DNA of 64,000 bases from Chrysomallon squamiferum. Its lineage: Eukaryota > Animalia > Mollusca. A program made the position numbers and the translations under genes. This document shows positions 1 to 12,259 of this stretch, in pieces. The DNA is taken from positions 4,092,001-4,156,000 of the forward strand of contig CM022665.1 of NCBI GenBank assembly GCA_012295275.1, in the 5' to 3' direction. Each line of letters begins with the position of its first letter. Within the stretch, counting starts at the first letter, position 1. Below the pieces are notes generated by a model. It worked only from the letters and a program-made list of their open reading frames with translations. It did no database searches and was not told the DNA's origin.

Positions 1-117
1 AAATAAAACTAATAATAATAATAATAATATAATAATAATAATATCAACAACAACAACAACAAAAAGAAAGAAGTTTAAAACTCATTTAAAATTCAAAAAA
101 AGATTGTTTGAACTAAC

Positions 118-312
118 CATTTTATCCATTCTCTGTTTCTCTTTGATTGCCTCCCTTTCTCTGCGTATGTCTCTCTTCTCTTCTTCACTAGGCTGTGCAG
201 CCTTTCTTCTTCCTTTCTTCCCTTGAGCTTGCTTCATCTTCGGTTTCTCAGGCTTCCTGGGTGTCTTGATTAAAACGTTTTCCATACGTTCTTTTGCTTC
301 CTTCAGTCTGTC
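118..312 (-). CDS. KIAA2012: KIAA2012-like charged/coiled-coil exon, 195 nt; gene continues left of the window
   Basis: cag|GAC AGA ... AAA ATG|gttagt. Confidence 0.85.
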
Positions 313-351
313 CTGAAATATTAAAAACAATATTTTATAGTATTTATTAAT

Positions 352-384
352 GTATTATATTATTATTATTATTATTATTATTAT

Positions 385-418
<34 letters not shown>

Positions 419-422
419 TGTT

Positions 423-453
<31 letters not shown>

Positions 454-615
454 CAGTAGTAGCAGTAGTAGCAGTAGTGGTCATAAGTAGTAATAGTAAA
501 CGTGTTAGTAGTAATAGTGCTTGTAGTAATAGTTTTGGCAATATTAATACAAGTATAGTAGTAGTAGTAATAGTATTAGCAGTGGTAGTAGTAATAGTAA
601 TAGTAGGAGTAGGGT
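352..615. repeat. (TTA)n/(TAG)n microsatellite
   Basis: Read directly from the sequence. Confidence 0.95.
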
Positions 616-818
616 ATTTATTATTAATTTTCTTATTTATATATATATATATTTTTTTTAATAACAATAACCACTTTATATTAAGAATATTGCCCTTTAC
701 TAATCATTTACACACTCTCACATCTACACACAAATACACACAAACACACATGATTATGTATCGGTATTACAGAAAGGTAGAAATGATAAAATAATGTAAT
801 ACATCTGTGTATTGATAC

Positions 819-922
819 CTGTAGAGCTTCCTGAGCCAGCTGAAGCTCTTCAGAAGTGAGACCCTCTCCAAACTCTGTCTCCAGGGTGGGGCCAGACAGG
901 GTACCAGATATAGCTTCATGCA
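819..922 (-). CDS. KIAA2012: KIAA2012-like exon, 104 nt
   Basis: cag|TG CAT GAA ... CTA CAG|gtatca; MHEAISGTLSGPTLETEFGEGLTSEELQLAQEALQ. Confidence 0.83.
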
Positions 923-940
923 CTGATGTTATAAAATAAC

Positions 941-971
<31 letters not shown>

Positions 972-1684
972 TAAGCATCAGAAGAACAAACATGAAATAA
1001 TTTTGATCTTTTTTTTATTTAAAAAAAAAACATGTTACAAACAAAAATGTCATGATAAAGCAAAATTAATGCCAGAATTAATAAGTAAATAAAATAATAA
1101 AATGATGATGACAACAACAACAAGAAAAAGAAAATCAACATCAAGAAAAAAACAAACACAATAATTAATAAATAAATAAATAAATAATAGCAGTAATAAT
1201 AATTAGTAAAAGTAATAACTACTATAGAACAACAATAGAAAAAACAATAATAATAACAATAACAAAAAGAACAACCGCAATTAAAAGAACAGCAATAATA
1301 ACAGCAATAATAATAATAGCTACAATAATACAAAAAAAAAACACCCAAACATACAATAAGTAAATAAATAAATAAATAATACCAGCAACAACAAATATAA
1401 CAACACCACAATAACTGCAGCAAAAACAATAAAATAATAAATAAATAAATAATGACTGTACAATATAAATTATTAAATTTTTGATATTTTAGGAGAAACT
1501 TGAAGAAACAAAAAAAGAATGAACAGAAATCTTCTTCTTCTTCTTATTATTATTATTATTAATTTATTTAAATTATTTTCATATTTTACATTTTATATTT
1601 ATAAAAGATTCGTATCTGAAACAAGTTAAAACATAAATCTGCCATCCAATGCTGTTTGATCGAGACATGTTGGAAGAAACATAC

Positions 1685-1868
1685 TTTGCATGATGTCTTC
1701 CTCCAGGTCCTGCGCAGACTGTGATGCACTGCGTCGCTGCATGACATCGGCGATGTGCTCCGGCAGAACGTCAGACTTTGTCTTGTCTTTCTTCGTCTCC
1801 ACGTGACGTGCTGGTGGTCTCTTCGGTTGCTGTGGTTTTTCTGGTTTTATCTCGGCTTTAGGCACTTC
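1685..1868 (-). CDS. KIAA2012: KIAA2012-like exon, 184 nt
   Basis: cag|GAA GTG CCT ... CAA A|gtatgt. Confidence 0.85.
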
Positions 1869-2267
1869 CTGGTTAAATCAAAATAAAATACAAATAATAC
1901 TTTTAAAAAGATAAATAATTTGGAAGATGTTTAGTAAACGTAACTGATTCTCTGTAAGAAAATCATTTTAAATTTAAAACAAAGCCATGTGCTGAAATCA
2001 TTTAAGAAATACTGAGGGAAAACAGACATTATGACATCATCAATGATAGGTATCTTCCATATGAATGTCATTATTAAAATCTTTTCATTTCTGAATTATG
2101 AAATATATTTTAATATAATTTTAAAAAAACTCCAACTTTTATGAAGAATTAAAAACTTAAAGGCAATGCCAACTGCCACAGTCTGCTCCAAGAATTATAC
2201 TACAAACAAAAAAAGTTCTCATTAAACAAATTCTGAATCAACTCCTGTATTATTTACAAAAACTCAC

Positions 2268-2507
2268 CTGACTGGTTGTGTCTTCATGTTGAACTGATGA
2301 AATATCAAGAGCCTTAACAAAAGACTTCACAGGCCCACCTTTTTGTCTAATTGGTTGCTTCTTCTCAGACTTAACTCCCCTTGGAGAACTCTTCTGTTTA
2401 GGACTTTTGCCTTCTGGAGGCCTGGGTTCCAATGTTTTTACTTCCTTTTTCTCCTCTGGTGGTATCACTGCTTCTCTTTCCTTTGGTGAAGGAGATTTTG
2501 ACTTTTG
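2268..2507 (-). CDS. KIAA2012: KIAA2012-like exon, 240 nt
   Basis: cag|CAA AAG TCA ... AGT CAG|gtgagt; K/P/S-rich. Confidence 0.87.
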
Positions 2508-3163
2508 CTGGAAAAGTATTCTTTCAATTAAAATAATATTCTATAAAACAGAAATTTCAAGAACACTGTGACATGTGTAAAGTGATACAGAAATAAATGT
2601 CAATAATTTAACAACAGCCATTAACAGTATTTGGATAGGTTAAAATCATTAAACCTCCCCTCGCATGAAAAAAAGACAATTGTAATGTTCTGTGAAATTA
2701 GATCTTAAATTGCTAATGTCAGCCATAATAACAAATGCACATAAAAAAATAATAATTTAAACAGTATATGTATGTGTGTGTGTGTGTGTGTTTATTGCAC
2801 ATTATATATTTTTTCATATGCTGTTGTACTTTCTGACAGCACAATGAACATATAAGCAAAATAGCCATTTTATTAGTGAAAATAAAAATTATATAATATA
2901 TAACAATAATATAATGTAGTTTACAAGAGCATTACAAACTGCCATTAAACGTTTTTTGACATAGTATATTCTGTGAGAATATTATAAACAAATTGCAGCT
3001 TTTGTTCAAGAACATTTTATCTCATGAATTTAATATGTCCTAAAAGAATATTATAATTCTTCTCTTCTGTTTGATAAAACTTATATTTTTCTACAAGTAT
3101 ATCATAACATACCTGGGCAGTTTCATGAAAATAAGATGTTCTAAAAGACAGTTATAAATTCAC

Positions 3164-3840
3164 CTGAGTTATTTCTCTGTTATCTTTCAAAACCGATTCC
3201 TCTTTCTTTTTATTATCGACCTGTTGAGACAAGGAATCAGATCTGATGCTTTGCTCTTGTTGTTTTGGCTGCCTATCATCTGCTGTCCTCTCAATCAGTT
3301 CAGACACAAGAGTCTGTGGTTCTGGTTTCAACAAAGAATCCACAGACATCTGAACGGGTTCTTCCAAACCACCTGACATAGCATCATCACCTGCATCCTT
3401 TGCTTCCAGAACATTTTCTTTATTCTCGTCCTCCTGCAGGAGCTCCTCTGACAGATCCTTAGACTCCTCCTCAACATCCTTGACTCTGGCTTCACCTTCC
3501 TCCAGTCCAGCTTGATCCTTGAGGCCAGCCTCAACATCCCCAAGTCCTGCTGCACCATCCTTTAACCCAGTCTGGTCTGCCTCTTCTTCTGCCTCATCAT
3601 CCTTGCCTTCTGAAGAAATCTGGAGAGATGTGGAGTTGTCCTGATGCTGAAGATCTTGTTTGTCGCCAGGTGAAGAGTCTGAAGTTGAAACAGCAGGCAG
3701 TGTTTTGTCATCTGACTCCAAGGTTCTGTCCTGGTCAGTAAACTGAGAGGACTCGTCATCTCGTGGCTGAACAGAAATGTCCTTCTCATCCTCCTGTGTT
3801 TCAGAGAGGTACGATGTGTCTTGATTATAAACCTTGTGAC
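3164..3840 (-). CDS. KIAA2012: KIAA2012-like acidic exon, 677 nt
   Basis: cag|GT CAC AAG ... ACT CAG|gtgaat; overlaps ORF 3152..3721 in frame. Confidence 0.88.
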
Positions 3841-4416
3841 CTGTGCAACAAACAGATTATTTTAACATTCAAGTTAGAATAAAAACATATATGCTGGTAT
3901 TATTTTTGAAAAAAAAAAAAAAATAAAGAACCATAAGCATAGTATATTATATTATGAAGTAAAAAAAAAAAAAAAAACATCATAAATTGTAAACAGATCA
4001 TCTTCAATAACACAAACCAAATAATTTTTCCCAGCATATTTTTGACCACATAATACATTTAAATATACACATACATACAAACATACTTATAAAATACAGA
4101 ATCACATAATCATCATATTCTTTACATTTAATAAACATTAAATGCTATATAATTCTAAAATTGCCTTGAAATGAAAAAGACAGAGACTTCAAATAGAGAA
4201 AAAAATTATATATATATATATATGATTAAAGACAGATAATAATGAATATATGGATTATTAATAACTAGGATAATTAAATTAACTCTGAAATAATGAAACC
4301 TAAAAACTATATATATATAAACATGAATATATCATTTTTATATTACTGGCTTTGTAATTAATGAAGAATATATATTTTCTCACTGAAAGATGCATGCTCA
4401 TACATATTATTATATT

Positions 4417-4531
<115 letters not shown>

Positions 4532-4699
4532 TATACATAAAAACATATACCACACATTTTTCATGAGCAAGTATATTTTCATACAATTACACATCTTTAA
4601 ATAACATACTAAGTTTCATGTAAAACACATTTACAAACACAATATAAATACATTTCAAATAAGCAGAAGATCCATACATAATTTATAAAATCATTTTAC

Positions 4700-4819
4700 C
4701 TGCTTCCAATATAAATGTACTGCAACTTAAAGGTGAAGGACACCGCGATGGAAAAGATGGAGTGGAAAGGGGAGAGAACTCTCGAGCACGATACATTTTC
4801 TGCAACCATATTTTATCAT
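4700..4819 (-). CDS. KIAA2012: KIAA2012-like exon, 120 nt, symmetric phase 1-1 (possible cassette)
   Basis: tag|AT GAT AAA ... GCA G|gtaaaa; DDKIWLQKMYRAREFSPLSTPSFPSRCPSPLSCSTFILEA. Confidence 0.65.
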
Positions 4820-5335
4820 CTAGAAGAAAAGCACTAAAGTCCAACTAGTCTAGCAGAGTCAGAAAGCAAAGCAGCACAGAAATAATACATGTTAAAATAA
4901 AACAGACAGCAGACTGGTTACCTCACACCATATTGGATTGTGCTTCAAGCTTTAAAATAAGTTTTATTCAGTTAAATTATTAAAAAGCTGATTGATAATT
5001 TTACAGTAATTTAAATCATCTATCTACCTCATATATCAAGTAATATAAAAACCATATCCTACACATAACTATAGTGTTACAAATGTTTTCATGGACATCT
5101 TTGTATTATATAAGCAACTTGTCTATGACAAATATGTTGGGACTTTCCACAAGTGTTTTTTTTATTTTTTATTATTTATTTTAACTCCCTGTAACAAGGA
5201 CTATTGCCTGGCCCCTTGAATGGGCATTTCAGACATATTTTACTCTGTGTGTGAGTGTATGTTTATTTTTCTGTTATGCAGTATGAATTAAAAATTACTC
5301 TTACATTTATGCATTAAAAAAACACACAAACTGAG

Positions 5336-5373
<38 letters not shown>

Positions 5374-5925
5374 TAAAGAGTTATATTTCACTAAGTTATT
5401 TGATAGATTAAAATAACTCCTTTTTATACAGCTGCTCTCATGTTTGATACTCATAATCAACATTTGTGAAATTTTACGGTTGTTTAATATTTGTCAGATT
5501 AAAGTTATTACATTCTATACAACTACTCTTGTTTGTCGTAGTTAAATCTGAGCTTTTATTTTTTTATTTTTCTATTTTTTTGCCTAGAAAAAGAAAGGAC
5601 TAATGGTTTGGATCTTAAATGACAATTATAAAAACAGTTTTCAGTTAAAAAAATAACAAATAAATTGTTGTTATTTTGTTTTCATGTATAGCTGCAATGA
5701 AATCAATACTTTCAAGAGCAGTGAGTTGAGAAATAAAACAGTTAATTTCATTAAGTTTTTGTATTATTTAGGACTGCAGGATAAAAGAAATAACTGGTTA
5801 ATGTCTTAAGATATCAGCTTTATCCTGCTGAACTGAGCCAACATTACCTTCACTGTACATTATCTTTAGATGACAACCAGTTATTTCCCTTTATATAAAA
5901 TATAAAAAGCATAACAGAGAGCATT

Positions 5926-5939
5926 ATCACCATAGCAAC
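5926..5939. promoter_or_regulatory. X-box (RFX)-like motif, intronic
   Basis: ATCACCATAGCAAC fits RTHNYYWTRRNRAC. Confidence 0.4.
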
Positions 5940-6265
5940 TACATAAACATTACATAAATGCATACATACACACACCAAGGCACCAGTATAGAGGCATATA
6001 TGAAATATTTCAAAGGAAACTATCTACTCGAATATATTTTTCTATTTATTATAATTTAAATGCTATATTCCTGAACATTATTAAGATTATTAAATTTTAA
6101 TGAGAAGCAAGCTGATTAGCATGAAGCTTTGTTAAAATGGCTGATTACATATATGAGTGATGGCTTTGTGCCTGGAGATTTGGGAAGGAAAAGAAACGTT
6201 GAATATGGGATAATTAAAACAATAATTAGTATTTCTTTTAAAATAATTGGCTGTTTAATTATCAC

Positions 6266-6343
6266 CTGCTGACAACTCGTCATTGTCTGAGGTAGCAAAC
6301 TGATTGCTTTCTGATCCTGTGTCATCAATGTCTGCCAAAGTTC
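6266..6343 (-). CDS. KIAA2012: KIAA2012-like exon, 78 nt
   Basis: cag|GA ACT TTG ... GCA G|gtgata; GTLADIDDTGSESNQFATSDNDELSA. Confidence 0.75.
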
Positions 6344-6741
6344 CTGAAACAACATAAACCATTTTATATATAGAAAACATGTATAAATATTATGTTTACG
6401 TACACATAAATAGTGATTTTTTTTTTTTATAAATGTTGACGTTTATAAATAATAATTATGTGTTTAAGGTGTGGAACACAAAAAGATATGTTAAAGCTAA
6501 TTAAAAAGAATATAGAATGGAGCATCAAATTTCATTTCTTAATATTATTGTCATACATTATGTGTGATATCTCGTTAATAACAAAACTGGATGATGTGTT
6601 ATTAAACATCCATATATTCATTCATTCATTTCTTCATTCAGTCATCCATTCATCTGCCCATCAATCCTACCTTCTGTCCATCCATCCATCCATCCATCCA
6701 TCCACTAAGTTATTGTTTTATTCAGACTAACAAGCACTAAC

Positions 6742-6815
6742 CTGAATACTGTGGATGCAGAGGGTGAACAGCCTCTGACAAATCCTCATCTCTGGACACA
6801 CTGCTTCTGCGAGAC
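6742..6815 (-). CDS. KIAA2012: KIAA2012-like exon, 74 nt
   Basis: cag|G TCT CGC ... TCA G|gttagt; SRRSSVSRDEDLSEAVHPLHPQYS. Confidence 0.78.
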
Positions 6816-7212
6816 CTGAAACACAAAACATTTACAAAATACAAGTCACAATGCATTTACTGTAATGAAACCTTTTTTTCAGACTGAAAATATTTACATA
6901 TTTAGATATATTAATTTACTATAATAAAATGTTTTAGATTTAAAATCTTTACACTGTATAATAATACTAGTCATAATAGATTTGTTCATTCCAGCCAAAT
7001 TGTTTCAAAATTTCATGTGTATATATATTAATGTAGTTATGTGGTGAGTGTGTATGGTCATATTTGTATGTAGGTATGTATATATTATGTCTGTATGTAT
7101 GCTATATAAAAAATAAATATATCCTAGCTTTAAGAAATGAGGTTCAGAAAGCTGTTTGATGAAACAAACATTTTATGACCCTTTGTTTATTTATTTATTT
7201 ATTTTTGCTTAC

Positions 7213-7291
7213 CCATATGTTGCACTTTTATCCATTTCCACAACGACACTGTGTATCCAGTTTTCTTCTCCATCAGGTGTTTGATCTGTAC
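7213..7291 (-). CDS. KIAA2012: KIAA2012-like exon, 79 nt
   Basis: aag|GT ACA GAT ... TAT GG|gtaagc; TDQTPDGEENWIHSVVVEMDKSATYG. Confidence 0.75.
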
Positions 7292-7687
7292 CTTACAAAC
7301 AAACAAATAAATAAACAATTTAAGTTAAATTAATTATTACAAACAAGTAAATAAATTGATAAAAAGCTAATTCAAATATTCCCTAGAATTCAGTTCTTCA
7401 AAATGAAAGTAAATTATATTTAGTTTATTTTCACTATTTTCTACCATTTTATTTTGCATGCATAATAAGAGAACATAATTTTCCCAATTTATTCATTAAA
7501 ATCACGATCCCTTCTATATATATATATATATATAACAATTTATTATACCAGTTATATATATTTTCACTGACTTACAAATTTTTCAACATCTTAAACTTGA
7601 CTTTTTTGTTAAAAAAGATAATAAATATAATTTAATTACATTTTAAAATAAAAACCCAAAAACTATTCACAAATATTAACATCTCAC

Positions 7688-7936
7688 TTTTGCTGTCATC
7701 TTGGCCTCCCTCAGCAGGGGAGGTAAGTCTACTCTGACGAGACTTTGCACTGTACGATCTGCTGCTGCTGCCAGGTCTTCTCGATGCTGTTGTCACTGGT
7801 GATGCTGCCTCGCTCACAGAACCCGACCTGACCCAAATTCCAGACTTGGAGTGAGCAGATCTGCTACAAGGGTGTGAGCCAATGTCTGACAGCTGATCAC
7901 CGAAATCGTCAGGGTCAGTCTGAGAAGCACTGGAAA
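7688..7936 (-). CDS. KIAA2012: KIAA2012-like Ser-rich exon, 249 nt
   Basis: cag|TT TCC AGT ... AAA A|gtgaga; lies within ORF 7632..7973. Confidence 0.85.
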
Positions 7937-8229
7937 CTGGAAAGTCACAAATAATATGGATGGATGGATGCATACATGGATGGATGGATGGATGGATGGA
8001 TGGATAAATATATTATTTTGGTGGCTGTATATAGGTACCGGCAGCCTAGCCAATATAATTGGTTGAAGCTGTTAAAAGTTCAGATTTTGTCCATTTTCCT
8101 CCACTCCCAAATCCCTTCTATAAATCCTACCATAAAAAACAAATACATGTAACTAAAGATCTTTATGTGCTCTTTTAAATGGTGTTGTTGTTCTTGTTGT
8201 CTGTTAAATCAGTTCTTTGTACAAGAGTG

Positions 8230-9196
8230 TTAAACACGGTGGGGGTAAATGCACTTCAGTGCCTGTGGTCAGCAATTAACAGCGTGGAATAAAAAGTCCT
8301 AAAATAGGGTCGCTCTACAAATGCCTGGTTTGTTTTCACCAAAATAGATTCAATGTTATTTTTAGCACAGCAAGGAGGGTCAAAGTTCAATCTTTCTAAC
8401 AGTGTGCATGTTGTCACTGGTAACGGCTAATAGCAAAAGTTGTGTCCAAAAATGTACTTTTTCATGCCTTCAAACCTATTTTGAAAAAAACTGGCTGAAA
8501 ATAAAACCTATGTTCATGGGATCAAATGAAAGATCATTCAATTACCTTTCGAACAATGTGTGACACTACGGTGTGTCTTCTTTGGCAAAAAGAAGCTCCG
8601 CGTTTGAAAGTAGCACATGCTTAGAGTAATCGCCATTACGTTACGCTTTCTACAGAACGAAATCGCCGTAGATTTTATGTACAGCTAGAAAGGTCTGGTG
8701 CTGTTTAAAATGATTATATTTATATGTTGTTTATATTTTTAATAATTTATTGGATGTTTGTTTTTCTTCAATGATCCTACTTTTAGTGTATACATTATAG
8801 CACGTGCGTAGCGAAACTGCGTTCTAAAATAAACGAATTAACATTGTTTTGTCGATTACTATCTTCAGTTTAAAACTGTAGATTATTTTGCATTCAAAAT
8901 TCTTGTGATAAGAATCGTAAACATAACAAACTATACAACATAATAGAACAATGTATTTAGAGGTATTGATGGAATGCTGAGTAAAAATCTAATCACTTTT
9001 TTATAAATATAAAATCATAAATTGATCAGTTTTAAAACATTATATTTGCTTGTTTGTAAGCTCAATCAGAGAAAATTTCAACAATAGTCAGATGATAGGT
9101 AACTTTTGTTTGCTGTCAAATCACAGCAAGTACAAAGCTAAGAAAATTATTTTATGTTTGCTTCAAATGACAGACTTACAACACCTGTGTCTTTAA
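8230..9196. mobile_element. Putative non-autonomous DNA transposon with TTAA ends, intronic
   Basis: CpG-rich, complex 1-kb block with TTAA at both ends and weak terminal inverted similarity (TTAAACACGGTG vs TTAAAGACACAGGTG). It has an internal TGAAAG..CTTTC dyad near 8527-8550. Boundaries are uncertain. Confidence 0.4.
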
Positions 9197-9492
9197 ACCA
9201 ACACATGACTGATTATGTACATATATGTATGTATACATCATTTCTGCATTAGCAAGTGTATGTCTGTGTGTGTGTGTCTGTGTGTGTGTGTAACTGTGTC
9301 TATGAATTTTATGTATGTGCATGAGTGTGTACATATTTTGTGTATTATGTATGTATTAGTGTGTGTGTGTGTGTGGTGTGCATGTTTGTGTGTGTGTGTG
9401 TGTGTGTGTGTAAGCATGTGTGTTATTGCATGCAAGCATGTTTATGTATAATAAAACATTGAGCCTAACATAACTAAAGATATTATTTTTAC

Positions 9493-9581
9493 CTGCAGAG
9501 TATGGTCGGCCAAGGTATTTTCCAGATTTCAAAGATTCTGTTAACTTCTTACTGGATAAAACTCTTTGTTTAGAGCTGGAC
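9493..9581 (-). CDS. KIAA2012: KIAA2012-like exon, 89 nt
   Basis: aag|G TCC AGC ... GCA G|gtaaaa; SSSKQRVLSSKKLTESLKSGKYLGRPYSA; phases 2 to 1 fit both neighbours. Confidence 0.75.
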
Positions 9582-10186
9582 CTTCAAAAAATAAAATAAA
9601 ATTTAAGTAATACACAATACTTACAGTTCTTATTATGTATTATAAAAAATAAAATGAAAAATTAAAACCTTGTTTTGTGTCATTATTACTATGCAATCAT
9701 AGTGATAAAGAAGATAAAAAGACAAAAAATCATTAAATTTTTATTTATTTGATTTTGTTTGATTTCACTTTCATCCATCCTGATATCACCAGTTGCTTTT
9801 CTAATTTTTGGAATCAAAAATATTTTTCAAAATGTTTTAGTTATTTTTATAAATAAAAAGTTGGGGTTTTTTGAAATCTTTACAAATAAAGTGATTTTTT
9901 TTCTTCTTTTTTTGGGAGTATTTAATTTAATTGTTTTATAAATACTTTTTTCTTTTTAATTAATTTTTATTTCTATTTAGTATAATTTTCTATTTTTGTA
10001 TTTTATTTTCATTTTATTTTATTTTATTTCAGTTAAAGCATTTTTTTTTTCCATTTTATGTTCAGCATTATTATTAATTTTATTTTATTTTATGTTACTA
10101 GCATTTTATTTTATACAGTCATTCTTTTTTTATTTTAAATTTAAATATCTACCTGAACACTGACTCTGCTAATTTATTTTAAACTG

Positions 10187-10221
<35 letters not shown>

Positions 10222-10382
10222 AACATAATAATAAAAAAATATGTTTAAAAGATAAAATACTTTTAGATACTGAAAAATATTTCATCCTCTGTTTAAACGA
10301 CCACGGAACATTTTCAACATCAGGTCGTATTTTATTTCCAGTTCTTTCAGTGTGATAAGACTGCAGGTAATTTAAACAATAC

Positions 10383-10529
10383 CTGTCTGAGTAGACTGAG
10401 GTGTTGACAAATGGTTCTTTGCTTCCAGGTTTGCTCAGTCTACACCAAGCCTCCTCCAGCTCTCGCAGAATTTCACGAAGCTCCTCCGACTTGGGACTTG
10501 ATGAATCATTTGATCCATAGAAACGTCCA
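10383..10529 (-). CDS. KIAA2012: KIAA2012-like exon, 147 nt (3' end may extend to 10261)
   Basis: cag|T GGA CGT ... GAC AG|gtattg; GRFYGSNDSSSPKSEELREILRELEEAWCRLSK; the frame stays open past this donor. Confidence 0.75.
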
Positions 10530-10554
10530 CTGAAATTCATTATACATAGATACA

Positions 10555-10637
10555 TTCATACATACATACATACATACATACATACATGTGTATATAGATA
10601 TGTGTCTGTCTGTCTGTGTGTGTGTGTGTGTCTGTCT

Positions 10638-10692
<55 letters not shown>

Positions 10693-10740
10693 TGTGTGTG
10701 TGTGTGTCTGTGTCTGTGTGTGTGTGTATTTGTGTGAGTA
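10555..10740. repeat. (CATA)n/(TG)n microsatellite
   Basis: Read directly from the sequence. Confidence 0.95.
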
Positions 10741-11034
10741 TGTGATCTGTATACATGGATGGGTGTGAAAGTTCTGTATATACCACCCACGACAGTCTGC
10801 TAAGGTATGTGTGTGAATGTGTAAAAAAATTAAAAAAAATATATATATATATATTTTTGCATGCATAATAAGAGAACATAATTTTCACAATTTATTCATT
10901 AAAATCACAATCCCTTATATATATAACAATATAAACTGAATGAAGTTATGGCAAGTCCCATGATTTGTAAACATTTCAAATTTACTTCCAGGAATGCAGC
11001 AAAATGTATACATAGACACACACACACACACACA

Positions 11035-11076
<42 letters not shown>

Positions 11077-12215
11077 AATATGTAAAGGCAGACAGAAAGA
11101 CAGGTAGGTGGAAAAAAAGAGTGATACAGAGAGGAAGAGACACATGTAAGTATGTATAACTGTATGGATGAATGGACTAATGCATGAACTGATAGATAAA
11201 TACATTTTGCATATCCAGACATAAGAAAAAAGAATTTTTTTAGTAAATGCTCATCATATTTGAATATCAAAATGATTTTTTCATGATACAGATATATATT
11301 CAGATATGTATCATGTGCATTTGTTATTTATGTGTATGCATACATGGTTGTGTGTGTATGAGTGTATGTGTCAATATGTTTGTATGTTTATGTACTTGTT
11401 TGTGTATATATGTTTGTGTGTGTGTGTGTGTGTGTATATAAGTGTGTATGTATATATATTATGTGTGTGAGAGAGAGATTATGCACTTAATTATATGTCA
11501 ATACATATTTTTTAAACATTTTCAAAGAAAAGAAAAATCATTATTCTAAATTATTTTTGTCTTAAGATATATACAATATTCATACACACACACAACAGTT
11601 CTCCATTTTTACATAACACAATCAACATTCTCACTGTTCAAGAACCACCACTCTTTTCATCAACTTTCTGTACCCAGTTGAAACCCATTCTAACAAGAAT
11701 ATACACATAATACATACACACACCTACACCATAACCTTTTTACCCATGGCACTGTCATTAACATTCAACCCTGAAACCATACATCAACTGCTGAATGTTC
11801 TACAACCAGTCACAAAGGTATTTACATATATATTTACAGACACAACTAAAAATATTTATCATTCTTTCTGTGAGACATATAAATATACACTCCTGTGTTT
11901 TTATAATTCTAAACCGACAACAACAACAAACAAATCCTTTTGTTACAGGTGGCATCACCATAGTGAATGTAAACAAAGGTTTTGGTAGTAAATAAGTTTT
12001 ATGAGTTTTTGCTGATAAATCAACAAAATGTAAGTGTGGCCTGTCATTGTGATGGTCCATATATTTGTATAGTAACTGGTGTAATAAATATTTTTACTAC
12101 GTGTAATAAATGGAGAGTTATTCAACTTTTCTAATTCTATCCAATGTGTACATGTACAGACAAAGTTTTATGTATAAGACTGGGTGTGCACGTAAGTATA
12201 TGAAGATGAGTTTTG

Positions 12216-12259
<44 letters not shown>

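Noticed and set aside
347-1429. ORFs with poly-T/N/V/Y/C tracts (347..667, 477..794, 1019..1429)
   Set aside because: They are translations of intronic trinucleotide microsatellites with no splice or homology support.
3328-3789. Alternative-frame ORFs overlapping the 677-nt exon
   Set aside because: They are shadow frames of a purine-rich coding exon, and splice phases support only one frame.
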